Assembly (NCBI RefSeq): GCF_009914755.1
Contig: NC_060941.1
Length of the DNA stretch: 64,000 bases
Strand: one strand, 5' to 3'
DNA from: the human T2T-CHM13v2.0 reference genome, Homo sapiens
Positions 46,420-64,000 of this stretch are shown here, piece after piece. The notes beneath the pieces were generated by a model. The model was not told the DNA's origin. It worked only from the letters and a program-made list of their open reading frames with translations, and did not search any database. The position numbers and the translations under genes were made by a program. Each line of letters starts with the position of its first letter. The first letter of the stretch is position 1.

Positions 46420-46652
46420 TCAAAAAAAAAAAAAAAAATACCCAAAACTAAAAGCAATAAGGGAACGAAAACTCTAACAAATGCAAACTTGCCCACAGCC
46501 ATATAGGATCTCTGTCCAACTTCTGTTTGCCTCAAACCAGTATAGTTCAAGTCTTCCTTTCTTCCTCTCTCCTTTCAAAAATTAGGGCAGGCCGGGCGTG
46601 GTGACTCACACCTGTAATCCCAGCACTTTGGGAGGCTGAGACAGGTGGATCA

Positions 46653-46913
<261 letters not shown>

Positions 46914-48753
46914 TTACTTTATAAATGAGGCAGAAGCATTAGACCAACAAGAGGTAAGAGGTATACTTAACAAATCCATTAGCCTCAGACTATTTCACAT
47001 CTTATGCCTCCTATGAACAGCATGACTGTTAAGTCGAATAAATTCTATAATGATGAATACTGAAACAGAGTTCTGTACCACAAAGCTACTTCAAAATTAC
47101 AACACACACACACACCACGCATGCATGTACACAAACACACAGATACTCCAAGCGAGGAGGACTACATAAAGAATCTTATCTCTCAGGCCGGGTGCAGTGG
47201 CTCATGCCTTGTAATCCCAGGACTTTGGGAGGGCAGATCACGAGGTCAGGAGATCAAGACCATCCTGGCTTACACGGTGAAACCCCGTCTCTACTAAAAT
47301 ACAAAAAATTAGCCGGGCGTGGTGGCGGGCACCTGTAGTCCCAGCTACTGAGGAGCTGAGGCAGGAGAATGGCGTGAACCCAGGAGGCGGAGCTTGCACC
47401 GAGCCGAGATGGCACAACTGCACTCCAGCCTGGGCGACAGAGTGAGACTCTGTCTCCAAAAAAAAAAAAAAAAGGAAGGATCTGTCAGCCAGGCGCGGTG
47501 GCTCACGCCTGTAGCCTGTAATCCCAGCACTTTGGGAAGCCAAGGTGGACAGATCACCTGAGGTCAGGAGTTAAAGACCAGCCTGGCCAACATGGAGAAA
47601 CCACGTCTCTACTAAAAATACAAAATCAGCCGGGCGTGGTGGTGAGCACCTGTAATTCCAGCTACTCGGGAGGCTCGGGCAGGAGAGTCACTTGAACCCA
47701 GAGGCGGAGGTTGCAGTGAGCTGAGATCATGCCATTGCACTCCAGCCTGGGCAAAAAAAGCAAAACTCTGTCTCAAAAAAAAAAAAAAAAAAAAGAATCT
47801 TATCTTCCTTTACAAACCTTTCTTTCAGGCTTATAATTTCAGTACTGACCATCTTGAAGTTGAAGTCTTGAGTGTTTAGTAAAGTGTCTGGAACATCAAA
47901 CCATGACCAGAAAGCTGCAGTACCCATGGAGATGACAATAAATAACATTTTCCTTAAACCAATTCACACACTGAAATCAGCAATCAAACACAAAATGATG
48001 TTTCCCTGATATCTGCATCCCTTTTTCTTTCCCTTTCTTTACTCCTGCCATTTTGATAATTAGACATGAGGCTGGGCAGTTCAAATTCCAAACACTCAAA
48101 CCTGCCAATGGCCTTGTCTATGAAAACAAACCTATTTCACATTAAGATCAAAAGCAAAACTTTTTGAAGGAAGCCAGATATTTAGGAACAATTTAACAAA
48201 GAATTACTGGCAACACAAGAGTTCCCAGACATGTAGGGGAAAAAATGTCTAAAAAGACTGAAGTCAGATGAAGAGAATCATGGACTTTTTTCCAAACTGC
48301 CTTATAACCCTGCTAGTGGGCAATGAGATGAGACAGGTAGCTGCCACTGCCTGCTGCCCCCATTAAAATCCACAGCTTTAACTGCATTAGAGCAGAGAGG
48401 CGCTTTCCAGATATTGCTGAGGCACTAACCCTCTGAAGAATTTCCAACAAAGTCTTTACTCATTAGACCCAGAGTAACATAATGGGGTTCCCCGCTGCAC
48501 TGTAAACCCCATCTTTTCAAGCTGTTCAATAATAAAAGGCTTTAGGAAATAACAGTGAATGACGTTTATAGGCCAGAGCCCTGGACCAGTTTCCAGGGAA
48601 AATGTCTAGGAGAAAACAAGAAGTTGAATTTTGACTTAACAACTTAAAAATAGAATCCCAAACAGGTAGCAGCAGAAAAAAGTCAAATGCCAGCAATCAC
48701 TGTTAACTGATGTCCTGAGGTGGGTTACCCACAGACCCTCAATGTGGACTAAC

Positions 48754-48914
48754 CGTGGCCCATTTCCGTCTGGGCGTAGGTGCCAATTATCTGGAGTCCT
48801 TTGGATGAAAGCAGCCATTTCTCTTTCTGAGCAGTGGTGCCCTGATTCAGCAAGGTAGGAATAAACATGGAGTAATTGAGGCCCACAGGTTCCACAAAAT
48901 TGACCAAATGTAGT
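48754..48914 (-). CDS. ACOX1: ACOX1 mutually exclusive exon 3I (161 nt; [53 protein letters not shown])
   Basis: Acceptor ctcctgtag|AC, donor CACG|gttagt; the correct frame is not in the ORF track; paralogous to the exon at 35345-35505. Confidence 0.97.
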
Positions 48915-49950
48915 CTACAGGAGAGAAGAGAAAAGGATCTCAGCCTTCCTTTAGAAACTGCATCCTACAACCCCTTCTTGCCAAACAGCTTTGGCCTTCA
49001 AGGAGAAGGTCAGGAAAATGTAAACCCCCTTCTTATGAAATTAAATATAAGATTTACCATTTTACTACCTAAAAAGCCAGCAGCAGAACCTGATGATCTC
49101 TCTTCTTCTAATTATTTCAAGGCCACAGTTCCCACAGTTCATTTCGTATTTACATTTAATCCACTAAGCAAATTCTACCTAAGTTTTAGCATAAAAACTT
49201 CTCTAATTTTTGGAAGGGGAGGTTGTTGGTGTTATTTGCTGGTTTGATTGGTTGAATTTTTTAGAATGTGTGTGGTTTTTTTTTTTTGCTTTATTTAGGT
49301 TTTACCTGTTTGTTTCAAAGAGCAAAAATAACTCCATAGAACACTTATTTATAGCGCTGTTAACAAGAGCTCCAAGGAAGAAATAATTTCAACTATGTTT
49401 CCCTAGATAATATAAGCAAATATCCAAAAGAGTAAATACATATTCCAGGGCAGAATCATACATCGCTAAAGGTCTTCAGGGTTTACAATAAGTAATGTGG
49501 GCATGTAAAAATTTATCCCCAATGGTCAATGAACATTACTACGGATTAACTCTACATCACATTGAAATTTAGTCCTCAACTCTCTTCTTACAAAACAGAA
49601 TCCACAGTAGTTGGCCTTGGCTGTGCTGTGTCATAGATTTTATAGGGATCAATTTTGTACTTTGACAAAGCTCGTATCTAAAAAGTTTAAAGTACAAAAT
49701 ACATCTCATCTAACTGATCTTCACGACTTCTCAACACATGATTAGGAAGCAATGTTACTACCAGTTTATCCTAACCTGTGCAATGAGCAGAGCATGAACT
49801 AAAGGACAGAAGGGATAGGCTGCCATTGCAGTGCTGGGGGACCCTGAAACCAAACTACCACCTTAAAAGAAATAATAGTAGCCGGGCGCGGTGGCTCACG
49901 CCTGTAATCCCAGCACGTTGGGAGGCCAAGGCGGGTAGATCACGAGGTCA

Positions 49951-50274
<324 letters not shown>

Positions 50275-50982
50275 TTATCCCCGCCATTTCTTTTTTTTTC
50301 TTTTTTGGAGACAGTCTCCCTCTGTTGCCCAGGCTGGAGTACAGTGGTGTGATCCCAGCTCACGGCAACCTCTGCCTCCTAGGTTCAAGTGATTCTCATG
50401 CCTCAGCCTCCCAAGTAGCTGGGATTATAGGCGTGTGCCACCAAGCCCGGTTAATTTTGTATTTTAGTAGAGAAGGCGTTTTGCCATGTTGGCCAGGCTG
50501 GTCATGAAGTGGCCTGGCCTCAAGTGATCTGCCCACCTCAGCCACCCAAAGTGCTGGGATTACAGGCGTGAGCCACCATGCCCCAGTCCCATTGTCTTTT
50601 CTATCTTACATAAATCATAATCCACTTAGAAACAAAAAACTCTCAACATGGATGCTCTTAGATACGAATATTTCTAATTAATCAAAATGAATTAATGTAA
50701 TCATTATAGATTCCACCAGAGGGAACGACTTCTGCGTCCTAATCATGTGTTTAGAAGCTGCTCATTAACATCAGTTAAAAATGTTTTCTCAGCCAGGCGC
50801 AGTGGCTTATGCCTGTAATCCCAGCATTTTGGGAGGAAGGGGCGGGTGGATCACAAGGCCAGGAGTTCGAGACCAGCCTGGCCAACATGGTGAAACCCCA
50901 TTTCTACTAAAAATACAAAAGTTAGCTGGGTGAGGTGGCAGATGCCTCTTCACCTGCTGATAATGGAAATAAATGGAAATGC

Positions 50983-51108
50983 AGAGAGAGAGAGAGAGAG
51001 AGAAAGAAAGAGAGAGAAAGAAAAAGAAAGAGGAAGAGAAAGAGAAAGAAAAAGAAAGGAAAAGAAAGAAAAGAAAAGAAAGAAAGAAAGAAAAGAAAAG
51101 AAAGAAAG
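50983..51108. repeat. Pure polypurine (GA)n/(GAAA)n tract
   Basis: About 125 nt of only A and G. Confidence 0.95.
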
Positions 51109-52311
51109 GTGATGTATTTCACAATTAATAGCATGTCACGGTTAACTGGCAGCATTCTTTCTTTCTTAGTGGTACACAAAACACTGGTGTGAGTTATAAT
51201 CGATGAGATTATATAACCGAGGCTTTAACTCGATAGCATGCGATAATTTCCAGGACTCATTTACAAACCCCTTCTCTTACTTAAAAACTGATCTCCTTGT
51301 CATATCCTAAGGACATTGGAAGTGTGTCAAAGGGTGTGTTAAAGTTTGTACTTTAATACTTCACATGAAAAATGATACACAAAACAACTTCCCGGTGTCC
51401 ATGAATCTTTAACCCGCATAAAAGACTTTGTTCTATTTCATTGTGACCTCACTCGAGTCTGGTTCACATTATCAACAGGTCACAGGTTATGAAATCATCT
51501 CTATCAGCTTTGAAATGCACTGCACCACCCATTCAAACACACACACACACACTCAACCCACTTTTTTCCTGACGTTTCAAGAAGGAATAAAATCTTACTA
51601 ATTTTTTCAAATTTACAAACACAACACAGGTATCAGTAACATAATCTTCTAGGAGGAGTTACTCTATCTCAATATCCCCACAGCCATGAGTTACAAACTT
51701 CAAAAACAAAACAGACCATTTGGAAGTATGCTGATTTGAACTACCAAAAATAAATAAACAAAATTTTTTCGTTTAAAACTGAGTGGAGCTCTGAGGAAAG
51801 TCCAAAGTGCCAGAGTAAACCATTTCATCTTCACAAAAATAACCCAAGTCAAGCTGAAAATCGATACCAAAGGCACTAGAGGCAGTGACCATTATTACCA
51901 TAAAGGCAGAACGTGCAACATGTTCTATTTAGCTTGGTTCTAGTCTATACACCACTCATACGATTTAGTCTTTACCGATGAAAATACTGGAGTTCCTTTA
52001 AAATGGAGAAACCTAAAAGAGAAAATGCCCAGGAATAAATGAGAAAAAAATGCTATAGGCCAAAATAATCTTGTACTAGGATCATGTAATAGTGTTTGTT
52101 TAGGTTAAGGCAAAAAAGTCTTTTTTTTTTTTTTTTTTTTTTTTGAGACAGAGTCTCTCTTTGTTGCCCAGTCTGGAGTGCAGTGGCGTGATCTCGGCTC
52201 AGTGCAGCCTTTGCCTCCCAGGTTCAAGGGATTCTCCTGCCTCAGCCTCCTGAATAGCTGGGACCCCAGAAGCGCACCACCAGGCCCGGCTAATTTTTGT
52301 ATTTTTAGTAG

Positions 52312-52784
<473 letters not shown>

Positions 52785-53104
52785 TTATGACGTCTCTCTC
52801 ATATGCACAAGACAACCATTCAAGCACTGTCATGGATTCAGAACTACTGGGTTCTTAGACTTTCTATTCATTCAGAGGCGTCACAGATCATTCTTCATCC
52901 AGGTCCACACTACCATATAATATAATCTGCTATTGCTCCAAAATATTTAAATGGTCGTGCAACTAAAAAAAAAAATGCTCCCAGATTCAGAATTTTAGCA
53001 GTCCTCCTTACAAAGAGCAAAATGATTCTGCATTTAAATCAGTCAAATTTGAGTTGCTTGGGCAGAACAATGCTTTTACAACATCCTTGAAACTGTACTC
53101 TTGA

Positions 53105-53458
<354 letters not shown>

Positions 53459-53661
53459 TGATCCGCCCGCCTCGGCCTCCCAAAGTGCTGGGATTACAGG
53501 CGTGAGCCACCGCGCCCGGCCACACATATAACTTTATAAAGTTGCATGAAAATATGCCAGTTTGCATCTTCAAACACCAAGCACGGTGATGAAAGGCCAC
53601 CATAGACCGCAGCTGTAAAGTTTAGGCTTAACAACACTTGCTCTGTTCTAAGGCATACCTA

Positions 53662-53889
<228 letters not shown>

Positions 53890-53989
53890 TCACAATAGGC
53901 TTCAGAGTCGCGGACACACCTGGGGAATGGCGATATCCCCCCACCAGGGACACAGGCTGTTCCTCGAAGTGGGGGTCCCGGCTCCCCTA

Positions 53990-54286
<297 letters not shown>

Positions 54287-54349
54287 CTAGGAGGCAGCCT
54301 CAGGACGGCGCAAGTCCCCGCCTCCGCTCGCCCGGCCCGCCCCGGCCCG

Positions 54350-54640
54350 CCCCTTCTTTCTCCGTGGCCCTTTGGCGCGTGAGTGACAGCGGCCCAGACA
54401 GAGGGGGCGATGTCCGCGTCGTGGCTGGGGCCGGTCGCGGGGCAGACTAATCCCCTGCTCCTGGCCAGGGGAGGCTCCCGAGCGGATCCTCGGGAAAGGG
54501 GCTCCGAAGGTCAAGAAACTGCCCTGCTGGGCGTCCGGGGAGTGGGAAAATAAAGCACTTTTTGTATCCCGCCCCTCCCCCGTCACGTGACCACGCGAGG
54601 CGGAAAGAAGAAATCCGAGGACCGGCGACGCCTAGAACAG
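54350..54640 (+). other. TEN1: TEN1 non-coding exon 1 (start approximate)
   Basis: Donor AACAG|gttggc at 54640/54641 inside the CpG island; splices plausibly to the acceptor at 61312. Confidence 0.65.
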
Positions 54641-55301
54641 GTTGGCTGGGGCCTTGGGAAGGGGGCGGGACAACGAGGCTGAGGAGGGATTGCGCCTGCA
54701 CTTGCCCCCCTCTTACCCCGCGGCCTCTGTCACGCTTCCGGGTCCGTGCCCCTAGGCCTCTCCGAAATGAGAGTGGTCGGGAGACTCTGGAGTCTGGGGC
54801 GGGAGATGGGGCTTTGCGGAATTGCTAGGGAGGGTCACTTGGGCTTTTGCCAAATCCACCCGGATTGGAGAAGAATGGGACGGGAACCAGTCTCTTTGGG
54901 GAGAGGCTCCAGTTACCTTTTGTTAAGATAATGGCGTCTTTACTGGCAGAGGCGTGGGTTCCGGGGCCCTGGGTGTGGGATTGTGAGCGCTGTTCAAGGG
55001 GTGGACGGGGACTTAGAATGAGACCAAGCGGGCGGTGCTGCTCTAAGCCTTCTGTCTGGGAAACCAGACATTTTCCCCCGCAACCTGGCAGTTACTAGAG
55101 GTCTTGGAATCCAGACTTCTTTGCTTTCGCCATCACCGTCATCAAAGTGGGAAATGCACACTTACTGTTAAAACCTAGTGTAGGGCCGGGCGCGGTGGCT
55201 CACGCCTGGAATCCCAGCACTTTGGGAGGACGAGGCGGGCGTATCACTTGAGCCCAGGAGTTCAAGACCAGCCTGGGCAACATGGCAAAACCCCATCCCT
55301 A

Positions 55302-55466
<165 letters not shown>

Positions 55467-55517
55467 CTACAGAAAAAAAACAAAAAACAAAAACAGTTCT
55501 GCCCAGTGGGATTGTAG

Positions 55518-55832
<315 letters not shown>

Positions 55833-56117
55833 TGAGCCGCTGCGCCTAGCCTGTCTGTAGTCTGTGTAATACTATGACTTTGGTTTTCTCAGAAGTAAAA
55901 CTACGAGAGATGCATAACATTCATAATTTGAATAATAGAACTATAATACACACTCTTAACCCCTAGGACCTCAGGATCCTCATTTGTCTTATTAAGCTGC
56001 TGATCTCAGGCCCCTTCAACAGCAGAGAGGGTGTCTAGTTTATTCTCTGTACCTGGCACAGTGCCTGCCCCGCTAAAGGTGCTCAGGAAATCTTTGTGGA
56101 GTGAACAAATGGCTGCT

Positions 56118-56130
56118 TGACAGCTGACCT
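56118..56130 (-). promoter_or_regulatory. Classical human ACOX1 PPRE (DR1 AGGTCA G CTGTCA), ~1.9 kb upstream of the ATG, inside TEN1 intron 1
   Basis: TGACAGCTGACCT on the plus strand; sequence and distance match the published human ACO PPRE, whose activity is disputed. Confidence 0.8.
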
Positions 56131-56340
56131 TCTAGTTCTAATATTCTAGGAAACCAATTGCTCTTAATGTAACAATGATAAGGGGTGTACTTAGCATTGA
56201 ATAGAAAAGACTTAGATGAAGAGCTAAATTTGCTGAGTTTTTATTTTGAAATAATTTCAAATTTACACGAGAATTACAAGAATAGAACAAAGAACTTTTC
56301 TTCTGTGACTTTAACGCTTTTTTTTTTTCTTTTGAGATGA

Positions 56341-56658
<318 letters not shown>

Positions 56659-56661
56659 TAG

Positions 56662-57580
<919 letters not shown>

Positions 57581-57708
57581 GTAGAATGTCCCTTAATTCA
57601 GATTTGTCTGATATTTCTTCATGATTAGATTCAGATGATGCATTTTTGGCAGGAATACCACACAAGTGATTAATAGGAGAAAAGGCATACACATGTATTT
57701 GATCATAG

Positions 57709-58188
<480 letters not shown>

Positions 58189-58295
58189 TGAGGTCAGAAG
58201 TTCATGACCAGCCTGGCCAACATGGTGAAACCCCGTCTCTACTAAAAATACAAAAATTAGCCGGGCATGGTGGCACACGCCTGTATTCCCAGCTA

Positions 58296-58403
<108 letters not shown>

Positions 58404-58664
58404 TCAAAAAAGAAAGAAAGAAAGAAAGAAAAATGTATAATCATTATACCAGCAAATTCCTCCCTCGGTGAGAATTGCATAGCAACCCCAGCATCCTCCC
58501 CACCTCTTTTTCCCCAGATCCACCAGAAAAACAGGAACATCTAGTGGGGACACTCCTTTAGTCCCCTCATGTTAGTGAGCACACACTCGTGTACACTAGC
58601 CCTTCATAATTGTTATCTCCCCCTGTTTTAGACAACCAGTGTTTTCATAGCCTATGCCACCTCT

Positions 58665-59365
58665 ATAACCACCTGATGGGTTCCCACAGCACAAACGAAA
58701 TCATTTCATGGAGAGCATGGCATTACAGTCAAGAAAGACTAATTGACACAAGGCTGGCCACACCACGTGGGAGTTGGTATTATTAGTCAATCTTCTGGAA
58801 GGCTCAGAGATTAGACATTATTTAAATGTAGTTTCGGGGAAGGGGTGGTGGCAGCTAGGCAATGGGTGCTTGCTGCTGATTGGTTGGGGGTGCAACCTTA
58901 GGGGTGTGGCAAATGGTCCTCCTGCAGGCTGAGTCACCTCTGAGGGGGGCCGCAGGAGTGGTGGGTGGGGTCCATGTGGAGTTGTTGGTGTCAGACATGC
59001 AAAAAACCTGAAAAGATATCTCCAAAGGCCAATCTTAGGTTCTGCAATAGTGATGTTATCTGCAGGAGTAACTGGGGAAGTTGCCTAGCTTGTGACCCCT
59101 GGAATAATGGCTGGCAATCTTAGCAGAGTTCGGGCTTCTCTGTGCTCCTAGCCTGGTGGTTTCTCATTAGCTTTACAAAGGTGGCTGCGTTTTAGGGAAG
59201 GGCTATTTTCATTTAAACTGTAAACTAAATGTCTCCCAAAGTTAGCTTGGCCCAAATCCAGGAATAATTAAGGGCAGCTTAGAGGCCAAAGGCAAGAGGG
59301 GGACTGGCTAGATCAGCTCTCCCCCGCTGTCCTAATTCTCTCACTGATACAATTTTTGCAAAGGA
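58665..59365 (-). mobile_element. ERV1 solo LTR (LTR26/LTR8-like)
   Basis: Reverse strand begins cctttgcaaaaattgtatcagtgagagaatt...ccaagctaactttgggagac and ends ...aacccatcaggtggttata. Confidence 0.7.
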
Positions 59366-59467
59366 CATCTTACTTCTCTATCAAACTATGACTCTGAGGA
59401 GGAGATCTTTTTGCTCATTGTTGGCCATTATGGGCTGTACAATGTGTTCCTTGTTCTGAAGAAATAA

Positions 59468-59844
<377 letters not shown>

Positions 59845-59968
59845 TAAGCAAAGCCCAGTCCAGAGTCACAGTCTGTTCCTGTCAAGGAACAGAGTTCAGT
59901 GGTACTGCCCCAGAGCTACCAGCATGAGTCTCACTTGCCAGCTATGATCAGGACCTTCCACCACGTTA

Positions 59969-60220
<252 letters not shown>

Positions 60221-60583
60221 TTACAGGTGTGAGCCACCATTCTGGGCCACACATAGCTTTTTAAATATTGTTTTGGTTTATTATTATTTTGAGACAGGGT
60301 CTTACTCTATTGCCGAGGCTACAGTATAGTGGTGTGATCATAGCTCACTGCAGCTTCAACCTCCTGTGGTGGTGATCCTCCTGCCTCAGCCTCCTAAGTT
60401 GCTGGGACTACAGGTGAGAGACACCACACCTGGCCCATTTTTGTATTTTTTTTGTGGAGATGGGCTGTTGCCATGTTGCCCAGACTGGTCCCGAATTCCT
60501 AGTCTCAAGGGATCCACCTGGCTTGGCCTCCGAAAGAGCTGGGATTACAGGCATGAGCCACTGTGCCTGGCCTAATGTTTTAA

Positions 60584-60970
<387 letters not shown>

Positions 60971-61004
60971 TAATACATGAATGTATATTATATCAAAAAA
61001 ATTT

Positions 61005-61165
61005 TTTCTTTTTTATATATATTTTTTATTATACTTTAAGTTCTAGGGTCCATGTGCACAACATGCAGGTTTGTTACATATGTATACATGTGCCATGTTG
61101 GTGTGCTGCACCCATTAACTCGTCATTTACATTAGGTATATCTCCTAATGCTATCCCTCCCCCCA
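61005..61165 (-). mobile_element. Short 5'-truncated L1PA 3' end
   Basis: ttattatactttaagttctagggt...atgctatccctcccccc; flanked by TSD-like caaaaaattttttt. Confidence 0.85.
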
Positions 61166-61317
61166 AAAAATTTTTTTTTTAATTTTAAAACACTGCCTAC
61201 TGGAATTAGTCTTCAAGATGCTGTTGGTCTCATATATCTGCTAATCTCTGTTTTGTAGTCTATCCGGTTTATCAGGAATCTTCAAAATCCCTCTCAACTA
61301 TTTGGTTACAGGAGCCC

Positions 61318-61409
61318 ATGATGCTGCCCAAACCTGGGACCTATTACCTCCCCTGGGAGGTTAGTGCAGGCCAAGTTCCTGATGGGAGCACGCTGAGAAC
61401 ATTTGGCAG
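61318..61409 (+). CDS. TEN1: TEN1 first coding exon (exon 61312-61409; MMLPKPGTYYLPWEVSAGQVPDGSTLRTFG), CST complex subunit; the rest of the gene is beyond the window
   Basis: Acceptor ttacag|GA, ATG at 61318, donor CAG|gtgaga; the peptide is the human TEN1 N-terminus. Confidence 0.95.
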
Positions 61410-61522
61410 GTGAGAACGGTTATTTTTTTCACTGGTGGGGGTGATGATATGTTAAATGTCTTTCTCTACCTCCAAAAAGACATAATTAGAAAAGATTTTT
61501 ATAACTTCATCTAATTATGTTA

Positions 61523-61879
<357 letters not shown>

Positions 61880-62069
61880 TCATTGTAAAAAGTGTAGATA
61901 GTCCATAAAGGTGTAGAGAGGAAGGAAAAGTCACCCATAATCCCATTACCCAGACAACCACTGCTAACCTTTGGTGATTATCCTCGTGCTTTTCCATATG
62001 TATGTGTTTGTATATGTGGGTGGGTATGGAGACACCCAATATACGTATATACATATATACTCTGTCAGT

Positions 62070-62726
62070 TATTTATCAGTTATATATTGCTATGTAACAT
62101 ATTACCCATACACACAATTTTAGTTTTTCGTAGAGACAGGGTATCCCTATATTCTCAAGGCTGGTGTCTAACTCCTGGGCTCAAGCGATCCTCCTGACTC
62201 AGCCTCCCAAAGTGCTGGGATTACAGGCGTAAGCCACTGTGCCCAGCCTCCCCCAAATTTAAAATAATTATTGTCTCATAGTTACTGTGGGTCAGGAATT
62301 TGGGAGTGGTTTAACTGTTTGGATCTGGCTCAGGGTCGCTCATGGGAGTGGCATCCAGATGTTGGCCAGGGCTGCAGTTATCTGGAGGCTTGACTGGGGC
62401 CAGGACCTCTACTTCCAAGATGGCTTGTTCACGTTTGGCAAATTAGTGCTGGCTCTTGGCAAGATAACTCAGTTCCAGACAATGTGGATTTCTCTGTAGT
62501 TCTGTGTGAGGGTCCTCATAACACAGCAGTTTCTGCCAGAAGCAGTGACCAAGAGAAAGAGCAGGGTGAAAACCACAGTGTCTTTCATGACTTAGCTTCC
62601 AGAGTCAGTCTCAGTCATTTCTGCAGTATCCTACTGATTACACAGGTCAGCCTTACTCAGCATCGTAGGGGATGCACAAGGATGTAAATATCGGGGGTGA
62701 GAATCACAGGGGACCATCTTAGAGAC
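62070..62726 (-). mobile_element. MaLR LTR (MLT1-family) interrupted by an Alu monomer
   Basis: ctgtgggtcaggaatttgggagtgg...ggcttgactggggc...acttccaagatggct...ccatctt. Confidence 0.7.
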
Positions 62727-62846
62727 ACGTGTACATACATATAGAAGTATTTTAACCTAGGCCAGGTGCGGTGGCTCACGCCTGTAACCCCAGCACTTTG
62801 GGAGGCCGAGGCAGGCGGATCACCTGAGGTCAGGAGTTTGAGACTA

Positions 62847-63079
<233 letters not shown>

Positions 63080-63132
63080 CTAGCCTGGGTGCGGTGGTTC
63101 ACGCCTGTAATGCCAACACTTTGGGAAGCCTA

Positions 63133-63363
<231 letters not shown>

Positions 63364-63436
63364 TCAAAAAAAAAAAAAAAAGAAGTATTTTAACCTAGTT
63401 AAGGGCTGGGTGTGGAGGCTTACACCTGTGATCCTA

Positions 63437-63760
<324 letters not shown>

Positions 63761-63893
63761 TTACTGTATTGTAGCATTTATTTACTTAGCTGTGTATGGT
63801 AGACCTAGTGCCATCTCAGACATGTAGATCTATATCATCATTTTGAATGGTTCCATTTTGTTTCACTGTGGTGATATTGCATCATTTACTTAG

Positions 63894-63998
<105 letters not shown>

Positions 63999-64000
63999 GA

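Noticed and set aside
50922-51192. Lys/Arg/Glu-rich and Phe/Leu-rich ORFs
   Set aside because: Translation of the GA/GAAA microsatellite

Overview
Human genomic DNA (chr17q25.1), very Alu-dense, with three known genes that I recognised from their translated exons. (1) The 5' part of FBF1 (centriole distal-appendage/cilium protein) lies on the minus strand: promoter CpG island at ~15.9-16.5 kb and 12 coding exons running off the left edge. (2) The complete ACOX1 (peroxisomal acyl-CoA oxidase 1) lies on the minus strand: ATG at 54202, TGA at 21900, 14 exons per isoform, 1983 nt or 660 aa, C-terminal PTS1 SKL. It has two mutually exclusive 161-nt exon-3 paralogues 13 kb apart and a ~5.2 kb Alu-containing 3'UTR ending only ~0.4 kb upstream of FBF1. 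(3) The 5' part of TEN1 (CST complex; also the TEN1-CDK3 readthrough) lies on the plus strand, head-to-head with ACOX1. All exon boundaries were read from the sequence (GT-AG) and the phases add up. Almost all ORFs in the supplied track are Alu or microsatellite artefacts. I see no evidence of a new gene system. The most interesting leads are regulatory or evolutionary. Exon 3II has a distant-branch-point architecture and a flanking hairpin. Intronic DR1/HNF4/FOXA/ONECUT motifs match consensus at least as well as the classical promoter PPRE. The 3'UTR has an inverted Alu pair with a poly(A) signal between its arms. The FBF1 5'UTR may be a decayed N-terminal coding extension. A young AluYa5-like element seems to have replaced half of an older Alu, and several Alu stacks reuse one target site. 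This haplotype encodes ACOX1 Met312.
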